DNA of 36,096 bases from Haliangiales bacterium (GCA_038321315.1 JBBQEX010000005.1:1-36096); one strand, 5' to 3'. Positions 1 to 9,515 are shown, counted from the stretch's first letter. Program-made: numbers and translations. Notes: generated by a model from the sequence alone, not told the origin.

Positions 1-456
1 GGGATCGACGAGGCCGAGCTGCTCGGCGAGCGCCTGTCGACCGACGCCGTCCGCATCGGGTTGCCGACCGAGGCGCAGTGGGAGAAGGCCGCGCGCGGCG
101 GGCTCGTCGGCAAGCGCTATGCGTGGGGAGATGCCCCGCCGACGCCGGCGTGCTGCGACTTCGATCGCATGGGCGACTTCACGCTCCGCGATCCGCGCGA
201 GTTGCCGCCGAATGGCTACGGCGTCTACGGCATGTGCGGTGGGGTCTCCGAATGGACGTCGGATCCCTACGACGCGCTCGCCTACGCCGGTGGTCCGAGC
301 GAGGTCCCGCCCGAGCCGCACTTCGTGCTGCGCGGCGGCTCGTGGGCCGACTGTGCCGACGCGGTCACGGTCTCGCATCGCACCAGTCGCGCCAAGGATC
401 GCGCGACGTCGCCGACGATCGGCCTGCGCCTGATCCGCGAGCTGGCCAGCGACTGA
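1..456 (+). CDS. C-terminal part of a SUMF1/EgtB/PvdO-family (formylglycine-generating-enzyme-like, FGE-sulfatase domain) protein; the 5' end lies outside the window
   Basis: The frame is open from position 1. Residues YAWGD, GNGYGVYGMCGGVSEWTSD and RGGSWADCADAVTVSHRTSR match the FGE-sulfatase domain signature (GNVWEW / RGGSW / R-x-R). Confidence 0.65.
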   Translation, partial: GIDEAELLGERLSTDAVRIGLPTEAQWEKAARGGLVGKRYAWGDAPPTPACCDFDRMGDFTLRDPRELPPNGYGVYGMCGGVSEWTSDPYDALAYAGGPSEVPPEPHFVLRGGSWADCADAVTVSHRTSRAKDRATSPTIGLRLIRELASD

Positions 457-488
457 TCCGGATTGGTAAGTCGTGGCACGATGCCGGC

Positions 489-680
489 ATGTCTCAAAAA
501 TTCGAGTACGACATCTACACGGTGGCCTGGGGTCACGGCGGCGCGACCGACGCGATCAAGACCGAGCTCAACAAGCGCGGCGCGCAGGGCTGGGAGCTCG
601 TTGCCACTTCGCGTGACGAGAGCCCCGACGACAAGCACGACGAGGAAGTCGTGATGTTCGTGTTCAAGCGCCACGCCTGA
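489..680 (+). CDS. Small conserved hypothetical protein (63 aa), possibly DUF4177-like
   Basis: ATG at 489 in the frame of ORF 78..680. Acidic C-terminus with a non-repetitive composition. Upstream of this ATG the ORF is Arg-rich junk. Confidence 0.4.
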   Translation: MSQKFEYDIYTVAWGHGGATDAIKTELNKRGAQGWELVATSRDESPDDKHDEEVVMFVFKRHA

Positions 681-692
681 TAGCCTGGTCGC

Positions 693-1400
693 ATGAAGCG
701 CGTCGTCCTCGCCTGGGTGTTCTGTGCAACCGCGTGCGGCGACGATCAGGCGAAGCCCGACGCGGGCCCGCCGGTGGTCGACATCGACAACGGCTCGTGC
801 GGCGATCAGCTGCACTTCACCGGCGAGGTCGTCGACTGGGATTCGAGCGACGCGACGTTCTGCGGCGTGTTCGAGGCCATGTTGCTCGTGCCACCCGACG
901 GCGCGATGGACACGACCGCGCCGAACGGGCGCATCGACATGTGCATCCCGGCGACGCAGGCGACGACGACGATCAGCGTCACGCCGTCGGCGAATGCGTC
1001 GCAGTGCGCGGGCTCGACGTATCCGGTGCCGGGCGCGATCATCGTGAACCGCGACGTGATCCGCGCCGGGGCGCCGTTCTCGGCGCGCCTGTTCACCGCG
1101 ACGCGCGAGACCTCGTTCTTCACGCAGATCGGCGCGCCGTACGACGCGAGCAAGGCGCAGTTGCTGGTGTTCGTCGCCGGCACGCCGCGCCCGGTGTCGA
1201 TCGCGGCGACGCACGGCGCGACCCAGGCCTTCACGAAGGCGACCGCGACCTGGGCCGCGGGCGACACCGGCACCTACGTGTTCTTCGCGAACGTCGCGCC
1301 GGGCTCGACGACGATCACGGTGACCGGTGGCGCGTTCGGCAGCGGCCCGATCGACCTCGCCGCCGGACGGATCACGGCGACGAACGTCTACGCGCTGTAG
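693..1400 (+). CDS. Hypothetical lipoprotein
   Basis: Signal peptide MKRVVLAWVFCATAC with a lipobox Cys, followed by a Thr/Ser/Ala-rich beta-type sequence. Confidence 0.6.
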   Translation: MKRVVLAWVFCATACGDDQAKPDAGPPVVDIDNGSCGDQLHFTGEVVDWDSSDATFCGVFEAMLLVPPDGAMDTTAPNGRIDMCIPATQATTTISVTPSANASQCAGSTYPVPGAIIVNRDVIRAGAPFSARLFTATRETSFFTQIGAPYDASKAQLLVFVAGTPRPVSIAATHGATQAFTKATATWAAGDTGTYVFFANVAPGSTTITVTGGAFGSGPIDLAAGRITATNVYAL

Positions 1401-2896
1401 GCGCGCCAGATCGGGAACTCGTCGCCGACCGCCGGCGCGTCGACCAGGCCGTTCTCGATCGCGCCGTCGTCGCTCTCGGGCTCGCACAGGTAGACCGCGA
1501 TCGCGCCGAGCGGCTGCGCGGTGCGCACGAGGCGCGCGCCGGCCGGGACGCTGCGCTCGCCGCGCGCCCAGGTCACCGTGACCTCGCCGACCTTGGCGGC
1601 CTCGAGGATCTTGCGGCCGCCCTCGCTGCCGAAGCCGGTGACGGTCGCGACCTCGGCGTCGATCGTCGCCGGCGCGGCCTCGCACGCGAGCCCGTGGCGC
1701 TCGAGGTGCTCGGCGACACGCGCCGGGACGACGTACGCGGCGGGCCGATCGACGACGACGGTGCCGACGAAGTTCGCGAAGTAGCGGACCGAGACGCTGG
1801 TCGGTGCGCCGTCGAGCGTGCGGGGCGTGCAGGTCGCGATGTCGATCGGCTCGGGGAACGCCTCGAGCTCGCAGCGCACCGCGATCCGATCGCGCGGCGT
1901 GCGGCAGTTCGCGACCAGCGCGACGATCTCGTCGCCGTGGGTCGAGACGTAGCGCAACGTCTCGAGCACGGTCGCGTAGGTCGTGCGCACGCGATCCGGG
2001 AAGCTGAGGTACGAGTAGCACTCGAGCAACAGATCGAGGCGCCCGGTCAGGCCGCGGTAGTTGCTGCCGAACCTCGGCTGGTGCGGATACGTCATCCAGC
2101 CCTCGGTGACCGGCGCCGTCGGATCGGCGTCGCGGCGGGCGTCGAGCGCACGCTCGTCCTCGACGAAGTTGCCGTACCAGCCGGCGAGCAGCTGGTGATC
2201 GCGCGCGAGCGCTTCGGTCACCGCCGGCATCACGTGCTGGCGCATGTAGGCGATCGGCTCGGGGCGACCGGCGGCCGACGTGTGCGGCACGTCGTACGTC
2301 ATCCAGAACCGGTGGACCGAGCCGTTGGTCGCGTGGTTGTCGATCGTCAGATCGGGCTCCCACACCTGGACGACGCGCGCCTGCAGGAGCCGCATCTCTT
2401 CCGCTTGTTGCCGCATGTAGTCGCGGTTGAGGTTGACGCCGATGCCGTTCACCCGCGTGCCGACCTTGTGCGGGCCGATCTGGCCCTCGAGCTTGGGCAG
2501 GTCGAGCTTGCGGTTCGCCGGATCGATCGCGTCGTTGCCGTCGGGGTTGAACAGCGGCACGACGACGAGCACGAGCCGGTCGAGCAGATCGCCGTGCTTT
2601 CCGTCGAGGAAGTCGCGCGTCATCATGAGCAGCGCCTCCTTGCCCTCGACCTCGCCGGCGTGGATGCCGTTGATCACGAGCACGACCGGCAGGCCGCGAG
2701 CGCGGGCCTCGGCCGGCGTGGCGATGCCGTGGTTGCTCACCACGAGCAGCGGAAGCTCCCGACCCTGCGGGCTGGTGCCGAACGAGCCGATCGCGAGCCG
2801 GCGATCGCCGCGGGCGCCGAGCGCGGCGATGAACTCCATGACGTGGGCGTGGAGCGACGTCTCGGCGTAGTTGGTGGCCTCGGCACGCGTGAGCAT
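1388..2896 (-). CDS. M14-family zinc carboxypeptidase
   Basis: INGIHAGEVEG (HxxE zinc ligands), GTSPQGRELPLLVV, NPDG and NLNRDY motifs. I chose the start at Met29 of ORF 1388..2980 (2896) because the upstream 28 codons are Arg-rich. A start at 2980 is not excluded. Confidence 0.7.
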   Translation of the reverse strand: MLTRAEATNYAETSLHAHVMEFIAALGARGDRRLAIGSFGTSPQGRELPLLVVSNHGIATPAEARARGLPVVLVINGIHAGEVEGKEALLMMTRDFLDGKHGDLLDRLVLVVVPLFNPDGNDAIDPANRKLDLPKLEGQIGPHKVGTRVNGIGVNLNRDYMRQQAEEMRLLQARVVQVWEPDLTIDNHATNGSVHRFWMTYDVPHTSAAGRPEPIAYMRQHVMPAVTEALARDHQLLAGWYGNFVEDERALDARRDADPTAPVTEGWMTYPHQPRFGSNYRGLTGRLDLLLECYSYLSFPDRVRTTYATVLETLRYVSTHGDEIVALVANCRTPRDRIAVRCELEAFPEPIDIATCTPRTLDGAPTSVSVRYFANFVGTVVVDRPAAYVVPARVAEHLERHGLACEAAPATIDAEVATVTGFGSEGGRKILEAAKVGEVTVTWARGERSVPAGARLVRTAQPLGAIAVYLCEPESDDGAIENGLVDAPAVGDEFPIWRAYSA

Positions 2897-3006
2897 GGCG
2901 GGATGGTACGTCGCGCTGTCATCGGCGATTCGCCGACCCGGACGAATTGTCACCCGACGCGACCTTCGGCGACGCGACAACGCGCGGTTAGCCGCTGGCG
3001 CGCCGC

Positions 3007-5118
3007 TTGGATGAGCTGCGATCCGTGAAACTCGTCCTCGCCGCCACCCTGTTGCTCGCCGCGACCCCGGCGTTCGCCGAAACCGAGACGCCCGCCGCCG
3101 ACGAGCCGGTGTTCCACTGCAACTCGAAGCAGGCCGAGGTCACGATCACGTTCAAGCCGGAGATGGAGATCCGCGAGCTGGTGACCTGGGCGGTCGGGTT
3201 CACCTGCAAGAAGTTCATCTTCGAGACGCGCACCGTGTCGCCCGGCAAGAAGGTCACGATCATCGCGCCGCAGAAGCTGTCGCGCGAGGACGCCTACCAG
3301 GTGTTCCTCGCCGGGCTCGAGACCGTCGGGCTCACCGTCGTGCCCAAGGGTGCGGCGCTGTCGATCGTCGACGCGCAGGGCGCGAAGAAGGAGAGCGTGC
3401 CGATCTACAAGGAGCTGCCGCCGTCGAGCGAGCAGGTCGTGCGCTACGTCGTGCGTCCGACGTTCGTGCAAGCCGAGACGCTGAAGAGCGCCTTTCTGGC
3501 GTTCAAGTCCGACGCCGGCGACGTCGTCACGATCGGCCAGGTCGTGCTGATCACCGACTACGCGAGCCACGTGCGCGACATGGCGTCGATGCTGCCGATC
3601 ATCGACGTCCCGGGCGGCACCGATGGCATCTACACGATCCCGGTGCTCCACGCCGACGCGGCCAAGCTCGCCGAGAAGGTCGACAAGCTGCTCGCGCCGA
3701 CGACCAAGGATCTCCCGGCGCCGAAGATCATGGTCGACGAGCGGACCAACACGCTGATCGTGTCCGCGAGCGAGGCCGGCTACCGGCGCGCCAAGGCGAT
3801 CGTCGAGCGGCTCGACATCGCGCTCGCGATGGAGGACGGCGCGTCGATGCACGTCTATCAGCTCGGCAGCGCGATCGCCGAGGAGCTCGCCGCCACGCTG
3901 TCGAAGGCGATCCAGAAGACCAGCGACAAGAAGGCCGGCCCGACGCCGACAACGGCGAACCCGGGCGCACCGCTCGACGCGCTGGCGACGCTCGATGGCC
4001 CGGTCCACATCATCGGCGACAAGTCGACGAACTCGCTGATCATCACGTCGAGCGCGCACGACTACCTGGCGATGAAGGAGATCGTCCGGCTGCTCGATCA
4101 ACCGCGGCGGCAGGTCTACATCGAGGCGCTGATCCTCGAGGTCGCGGTCGGCGATCAGACCAAGATCGGGACCTCGTCGCACGGCGGCACCCAGGCGGGC
4201 AACTCGCTGCTCCTCGGCGGCGTACAGACGCCGGGCACGAGCACGCTCGGCATCGGCACCACCGACGGCGCGGCCTCGCTCGCCGGGCTCAGCGGCCTGG
4301 TCGCCGGGATCGTCGGCAAGTCGCTCGCGAACTCGACGAGCCTGCTCGGCACCAGCATCCCGTCGTACGCCGTGCTGTTCAACGCCGTCGCGACCCAGGG
4401 CGACACCGAGATCATGTCGGAGCCGAGCATCATCGCGCTCGACAACGAGGAGGCCAAGTACAAGGTCGGCACCGACATCCCGTACGTGCGCGGGACCTAT
4501 CCGACGGCGTCGGCGTCGAGCCCGTTCGGCGGCACCGGCACGAACATCGATCGCAAGGAGCTCGCGCTCGAGCTCGACATCAAGCCGCACATCTCGGCCG
4601 ACGACACCGTGCTGCTCGAGATCAAGCACGACTCCAAGGACCTCGGCGACGACAGCTCGCTCGGCCCGACCTGGTCGACGCGCGAGCTCGAGACCCGCGT
4701 GCTGGTGCGCGATCAGCACACCGTGGTGATCGGCGGCCTGATGCAGACCAAGGACATCAACACGCTGACCAAGGTGCCGTTCCTCGGCGACATCCCGGTG
4801 ATCGGGCACCTGTTCAAGTACACCTCGCGGATCAAGAAGAAGACCGACCTCCTGATCCTGTTGACGCCGTACATCATCCGCGACCAGAGCGACCTCGAGA
4901 GGATCCGCGAGCGCAAGGCGCGGCAGCACGAGGAGTTCGTCGAGTCGTACGCCGCGCTGTCGACCGCCCGCTACGTGCCGTCGATCGACTACACGCGCAA
5001 GCGCGGGCTCGTCGAGGAGATCAACCACGCGGTCGCCGACGTCGAGCACGACATCGACAGCCGCAACACGATGACGCCGCCGCAGACCGTGGCGCCGGGT
5101 CCGGTCGAGATGCGATAA
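3007..5118 (+). CDS. gspD: Secretin of the type II secretion / type IV pilus family (GspD-like: N0 domain plus C-terminal secretin domain)
   Basis: Signal peptide (KLVLAATLLLAATPAFA). N0-like region (KVTIIAPQKLSREDAYQVFLAGLETVGLTVVP). Secretin signature VPFLGDIPVIGHLFKYTSRIKKKTDLLILLTPYIIR. Gly/Ser/Thr-rich barrel loops. A GTG at 3025 is an alternative start. Confidence 0.7.
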   Translation: MDELRSVKLVLAATLLLAATPAFAETETPAADEPVFHCNSKQAEVTITFKPEMEIRELVTWAVGFTCKKFIFETRTVSPGKKVTIIAPQKLSREDAYQVFLAGLETVGLTVVPKGAALSIVDAQGAKKESVPIYKELPPSSEQVVRYVVRPTFVQAETLKSAFLAFKSDAGDVVTIGQVVLITDYASHVRDMASMLPIIDVPGGTDGIYTIPVLHADAAKLAEKVDKLLAPTTKDLPAPKIMVDERTNTLIVSASEAGYRRAKAIVERLDIALAMEDGASMHVYQLGSAIAEELAATLSKAIQKTSDKKAGPTPTTANPGAPLDALATLDGPVHIIGDKSTNSLIITSSAHDYLAMKEIVRLLDQPRRQVYIEALILEVAVGDQTKIGTSSHGGTQAGNSLLLGGVQTPGTSTLGIGTTDGAASLAGLSGLVAGIVGKSLANSTSLLGTSIPSYAVLFNAVATQGDTEIMSEPSIIALDNEEAKYKVGTDIPYVRGTYPTASASSPFGGTGTNIDRKELALELDIKPHISADDTVLLEIKHDSKDLGDDSSLGPTWSTRELETRVLVRDQHTVVIGGLMQTKDINTLTKVPFLGDIPVIGHLFKYTSRIKKKTDLLILLTPYIIRDQSDLERIRERKARQHEEFVESYAALSTARYVPSIDYTRKRGLVEEINHAVADVEHDIDSRNTMTPPQTVAPGPVEMR

Positions 5119-5125
5119 CGGTGGC

Positions 5126-5893
5126 GTGGTCCGGGTCCTCCTCGTCTTCGTGCTGCTCGGTGCGCATGTCGCCGCGGCGCAGATCGTCAATGCGCAGAGC
5201 GCGCTCGCAGCGCCGTCCAAGGGCAACGGCGTCGTCGGCTCGGTCGAGGCCAAGATCGACTGGCGCGAGGGCAACAACTCGCTGATCGACACCAGCGCGA
5301 CCGCCACGCTGGTCGTCCGCCACGATCGCATCCTCGTCCTGGGCGTCGCGCGCGGCGGCTACGGCGAGAGCCGCGGCCAGGTGCTCACGAAGAAGACGTT
5401 CGAGCACCTGCGGACCCGCATCAAGCTCGACCCGCGCTGGCGCTGGGAGGGCTACGCGCAGCACGAGTACGACCAGTTCCGCCGGATCGCGCTGCGCGCC
5501 CTGGTCGGGACCGGCCCGGCCCTCGTGGTGTTCGACCGGCCCGCCGGCGGCATGATCTCGGGGCTTTCGCTGATGTTCGACTACGAGCGGCTCGATCAGC
5601 GGCGCGGCACGATCGACGCCGGCAAGCGCTACGGCGTGTTTCGCGCGTCGGCGTACCTCGCGGGGCACGAGCAACTCGCGCCGAGCGCGCTGCTGATCCA
5701 GACCATCTACGTCCAGCCGCGGTTCGACGACGCGAGCGCGTATCGCGTGCTCGGCGAGCTGACGCTGCTCAACAAGCTGTCGTCGCGGATCGCGCTGACC
5801 AACGGCTTCTCGGTGTCGTACGACGCGACGCCGCCGGTCGGCGTCAAGCGCTACGACGCCGAGCTCAAGGTCGGTGCGGTCGTGTCGTTTTGA
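5126..5893 (+). CDS. DUF481-family (YdiY-like) outer-membrane beta-barrel protein
   Basis: GTG start 7 nt after the secretin stop. Signal peptide MVRVLLVFVLLGAHVAAAQ. Alternating hydrophobic beta pattern. C-terminal ...GAVVSF ends in Phe, the usual outer-membrane-protein signal. Confidence 0.55.
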   Translation: MVRVLLVFVLLGAHVAAAQIVNAQSALAAPSKGNGVVGSVEAKIDWREGNNSLIDTSATATLVVRHDRILVLGVARGGYGESRGQVLTKKTFEHLRTRIKLDPRWRWEGYAQHEYDQFRRIALRALVGTGPALVVFDRPAGGMISGLSLMFDYERLDQRRGTIDAGKRYGVFRASAYLAGHEQLAPSALLIQTIYVQPRFDDASAYRVLGELTLLNKLSSRIALTNGFSVSYDATPPVGVKRYDAELKVGAVVSF

Positions 5894-8666
5894 CCGGGGT
5901 CGCCGGCTTGATCGGGGTCGGAGCTGCGGGCTTGACGAGCTTCATGCCACCGAGCCAGCCGCGCAGCTCGGGCTCGACGAGCTTGCGCCCGGCGATGCAC
6001 TGATCCATCTCCTCGATCGCCTGGCGCACCGCCCGGTCGCCGGCGGGTAGCTTGCCGAACGTCGCGAGGACGTACGCGGCCGTCTCGTCGCGGCGCGTGG
6101 CATCGCAGCTGCCGGTGAACAGCGCCGCGAGCTCGGCGCCGATCGAGTCGGCGGTGCCGTCCGCCGGGATCCGCTTCATGATCGCGGCGGTGTGATCGCG
6201 GAAGAACTGCTGCGCGACCCGGCGGTTGGCCTCGGTCGTCGCGTCGTCGAGCATGCCGAGGGTCTCGCGGATGTCGAGCTTGTCGTCGAGCACGAGGCCG
6301 AGCGCGGCGACCTGGCGCTTGGGGTCGCGCACGCGGGCGAGCGCGATGAACATCTCGCGCCGGCGCGTGCGATCGGCCTCGGTGTAGATGTCCTTGATCA
6401 GCCGCTCGAACAGCTCGGGCTTTGCATCGGTCGCGAGCTCGAGGACGATCGGCCGCACGCCCTGCGGCAGCGCCCGCCAGTCCGCGGCGAGCCGGGTCGC
6501 CTCCTCGAGGATCTTCGGCGCGCGACCGTAGCGGCCGACCGTGCGGATCAGGTCGCCGCGGCTGGCCTCGGCGTCGAGTTCGTCGGTCGGGCGCGACACG
6601 AGGCCGACCTGATCGGCGCCGGGCCCGAACGTCTGTCGAAGCCACTGCTCGTACTTCGGGCGCAGGTCGTCGGGGACGGCGTCGCTGACGTGCTGCGGCA
6701 GCTCGACCGCCTCGGCGATCGTGAAGCGATCGTTGCCGGCGAGCAGCTTCGGCACGAACGACATCGCGAGCGCGAGCGGCAGCTTCGCGGTCCCGGCGTA
6801 GGTGCGCGCCTCGTAGGCGATCGACAGCCGCTCGTTCCACGCGAGCTTGTCCCACGCGACGTCGCGCAGCGCGGTGAGCTGCGCCGCGGTGTACGCCGAG
6901 TGGTAGTAGCCTCGACCGTCGGCGTTCGTGACCATCCACGCCGGACACTTGTCTCCCGCCAGCGCGATCGTCGCGCTCGGCTCGGCCATCAGCGTGCAGT
7001 CCTGGCGCGACTTGCCGGCGCTCTCGTAGTGCACGCAGACCGGCAGGATCCAGGGCCTGGTGTTCTCCGGAGGCGGCGCCCCCGGCGGCAAGTAGCGGCG
7101 CTGCTCGAGCACGACGCGCAGGCTGCTCGGGTGGGTGCAGTCGAGTCTGGCGGTGATCTCGGGCTCGCCGGCCTGATCGAGGAACGTCGCGAACGCCGGC
7201 GCGACGTCCTTGCCCGCGACCTTGCTGATCGCGGCGGCGAAGTCCGCGGACGTCGCGTTGCCGTGCTGCTTCGACTTCAAGTAGGCGCGCACGCCGTCGC
7301 GAAACCGATCGCGGCCGACGTAGCTCTCGAACATGTCGAGGATGCTCGAGCCCTTGTCGTACGTGATGCCGTCGAACGCGCCGAGGATGTCGTCGACCGC
7401 GTCGATCGGCTGGCGGATCTTGCGCGCGCTGACCAGCGCGTCGTCGTCGAGCGCCGAGTGATGGCGGCCGACCTCGGCGAGCTCGTCGTGCCAGCGCGGG
7501 TCGAACTTCGCGCTGATCTGGTGCTCGAGCCAGTTCGCGAAACCCTCGTTGAGCCACAGGTCATCCCACCACGCCATCGTCACGAGATCACCGAACCACT
7601 GATGCGCGATCTCGTGCGCGGCGACGTAGATCCAGCGGTGCTCGCGCTCCTTGGAGGCCTTGGCGTCGAGCAGCATGTCGCGCTCGCTGAACGTGATGAG
7701 CCCGGCGTTCTCCATCGCCGAGAACCCGACGGTCACCGGGATCGCGAGGAAGTCGAGCTTGGCGTACGGGTAGGGCATCCCGAAGAAGTCCTCCTCGAGC
7801 TCGAGGATCTTCGGCGCGGTCTTCGCCGCCCACGCGGCGTCGGCCGCGCGACCCTTGAGCGCGAGGATGTGGATCGGCGTGCCGCCCGTGGTCGCGCCGG
7901 CATCGACGGTCTCGAACGGGCCGACCCCGAACGCGAGGAGGTAGGACGGCAGCGGCTTGGTCGGGGCGAACTCGACGCGCTTGCGCTTGCCGTCGTCGCC
8001 GAACGGCTCGGACTTCACGATCGGCGTGTTGGCGACCGCGACGAGATCCTTGGGCACCTCGAGCGCGAGTCGCCACGGCACCTTGACGTCGGGCTCGTCG
8101 AGGCAAGGGAACACGCGGCGGGCGTAGATCGCCTCGAACTGCGAGTAGACGTAGGTCTCCTTGCCGACGGTCTGCTTGAACGCGCCAGCGGTGTTGAGCA
8201 GCTCGTAGTCGGCGGCGAAGTCGATGGTCAGCGTCCACGTACCGGCGTCGAGCGGCGAGGCGGCGCGCAGCTCGAGGAGATCCTCGCCGTGCGCGGTCGC
8301 GACGAGCTGGACGTCGTGCGCGTGGCGGCTGTCGAACGGATCGCCCGACGACGCGACCGCGCGCGCGATCGCGAGCTTGCGCCCGTGGAGCCAGATCGTC
8401 GACGAGCGCTCGGCGACCGCGCCGGCGATCTCGATGCTCCCGGTGAACCCGGCCTTCGCCGGATCGATCGCGAGCGACACGCGGTACTCGCTCGGCACGA
8501 AGTTGCGCGGCAACCGCAGCTTGGGCTCCGGCGGCACGAGCCCGAGCGGCGACACCGGTGCGACCGGCGCGTCGGTCGTGCTGACGACGATCTTGCCGCC
8601 GGTCACCGCGGGCTTCGCGGGCGTGCAAGCCGCGAGCGCAACTGCCGACGCGATCGCGAGCTTCAT
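5865..8666 (-). CDS. pepN: M1-family aminopeptidase N, lipoprotein form
   Basis: HEIAHQWFGDLVT (HExxH), WLNEGFA (the second zinc ligand Glu) and GAMEN-like SAMENAG. The real start MKLAIASAVALAACTP (lipobox) is at 8664-8666. The upstream 137 codons of ORF 5865..9077 are Arg-rich junk. Confidence 0.85.
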   Translation of the reverse strand: MKLAIASAVALAACTPAKPAVTGGKIVVSTTDAPVAPVSPLGLVPPEPKLRLPRNFVPSEYRVSLAIDPAKAGFTGSIEIAGAVAERSSTIWLHGRKLAIARAVASSGDPFDSRHAHDVQLVATAHGEDLLELRAASPLDAGTWTLTIDFAADYELLNTAGAFKQTVGKETYVYSQFEAIYARRVFPCLDEPDVKVPWRLALEVPKDLVAVANTPIVKSEPFGDDGKRKRVEFAPTKPLPSYLLAFGVGPFETVDAGATTGGTPIHILALKGRAADAAWAAKTAPKILELEEDFFGMPYPYAKLDFLAIPVTVGFSAMENAGLITFSERDMLLDAKASKEREHRWIYVAAHEIAHQWFGDLVTMAWWDDLWLNEGFANWLEHQISAKFDPRWHDELAEVGRHHSALDDDALVSARKIRQPIDAVDDILGAFDGITYDKGSSILDMFESYVGRDRFRDGVRAYLKSKQHGNATSADFAAAISKVAGKDVAPAFATFLDQAGEPEITARLDCTHPSSLRVVLEQRRYLPPGAPPPENTRPWILPVCVHYESAGKSRQDCTLMAEPSATIALAGDKCPAWMVTNADGRGYYHSAYTAAQLTALRDVAWDKLAWNERLSIAYEARTYAGTAKLPLALAMSFVPKLLAGNDRFTIAEAVELPQHVSDAVPDDLRPKYEQWLRQTFGPGADQVGLVSRPTDELDAEASRGDLIRTVGRYGRAPKILEEATRLAADWRALPQGVRPIVLELATDAKPELFERLIKDIYTEADRTRRREMFIALARVRDPKRQVAALGLVLDDKLDIRETLGMLDDATTEANRRVAQQFFRDHTAAIMKRIPADGTADSIGAELAALFTGSCDATRRDETAAYVLATFGKLPAGDRAVRQAIEEMDQCIAGRKLVEPELRGWLGGMKLVKPAAPTPIKPATPVKTTRPHRP

Positions 8667-9490
8667 GCCGGGACCGTAGCACCGCAGCACTGCTTCCACT
8701 TCTTCATCGAGCCACACACGCACAGGTCGTTGCGCCCCGGCTTCATCGGCTTGTTGCGCGCCATCTCGCGCGCCGGCGGGAAGGCGATCGGGCGCGTCGC
8801 GCGACCGAGCTCCTCGGCGGCGGTGAACCGCGCCGCGATCTCGTCGAGCTTCGCCGGCGTGAACCAGTCGAGGGCCTCGGCCTCGAGCTTGCGGGCGAGG
8901 GCGTAGTAGCGCCGCGGGTCGTGCGCGTGATCGAAGTGCGGGACGCGGCGATAGCCCGGAGGCACGTCGACGATCGCGGTCCCGCCGGCGAACCCGTAGG
9001 TGCCGACATCGCGCGCCGGCAACAGCGGCCACGCGATCCCGAACAGCCGGTACGCGACCGCCGCGAGCCCGGACCACGCGCGCGCCTCGTTCTGGTTGAA
9101 CGGATGCAGGTACGCCGCCTCGTCGGCGGGCGCGACCGACTCCGGTACGCCGTACGGCAACCCGACCGGCGTGCCGTAGTTGGGCAGGGCCGGATCGCCG
9201 CTCACCGCGTGGATCAGCTCGTGAACGCAGAACCCGAGCAGCCGGCTATGGATGCACGCGCCGTCGCGCACCGCGACCCAGCGCACCGCGCCGCCGAGTT
9301 GCTGCTGGACGCGCCACAAGGTCGGCGCCGCGAGATCCCAGATCACGGTCTGGCCCCAGCCGCGCATCGCGTCGTCGAACCGGTACAGCGCCGCGATGCC
9401 GGCGGTGCGCTCCTCTACAGACAGCACCTCGTGGCACCGGCACAGGCACGGAAACGGCGTCTGGACTGCATCGACGACCGTGGCCGGCAT
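8663..9490 (-). CDS. Putative zinc-dependent protein with an HExxH motif and a C-terminal SEC-C metal-binding motif
   Basis: FCVHELIHAV (HExxH) and C-terminal CVCGSMKKWKQCCG (SEC-C motif). Its stop overlaps the pepN ATG as ATGA. Start chosen at MPATVV (9490) because the region just upstream is AT-richer and intergenic-like. Confidence 0.55.
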   Translation of the reverse strand: MPATVVDAVQTPFPCLCRCHEVLSVEERTAGIAALYRFDDAMRGWGQTVIWDLAAPTLWRVQQQLGGAVRWVAVRDGACIHSRLLGFCVHELIHAVSGDPALPNYGTPVGLPYGVPESVAPADEAAYLHPFNQNEARAWSGLAAVAYRLFGIAWPLLPARDVGTYGFAGGTAIVDVPPGYRRVPHFDHAHDPRRYYALARKLEAEALDWFTPAKLDEIAARFTAAEELGRATRPIAFPPAREMARNKPMKPGRNDLCVCGSMKKWKQCCGATVPA

Positions 9491-9515
9491 TGCGCGCAGT
9501 GTATTACCGATAGCC

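Noticed and set aside
282-3028. 693-aa minus-strand and 764-aa plus-strand ORFs spanning several genes
   Set aside because: They run across independently supported genes (the lipoprotein and the M14 peptidase) and have Arg-dominated composition. They are artefacts of high GC.
2950-5331. 793-aa ORF on the minus strand
   Set aside because: It is antisense to the secretin gene, which has unmistakable motifs. The translation is Arg/Asp/Leu-rich low-complexity sequence, typical of spurious long ORFs in 70% GC DNA.
6192-8906. 904-aa plus-strand ORF, and the 568-aa and 364-aa minus-strand ORFs in other frames
   Set aside because: They overlap the M1 aminopeptidase, which is validated by its HEIAHQWFG and WLNEGFA motifs. 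Their translations are Arg/Gly-rich junk.
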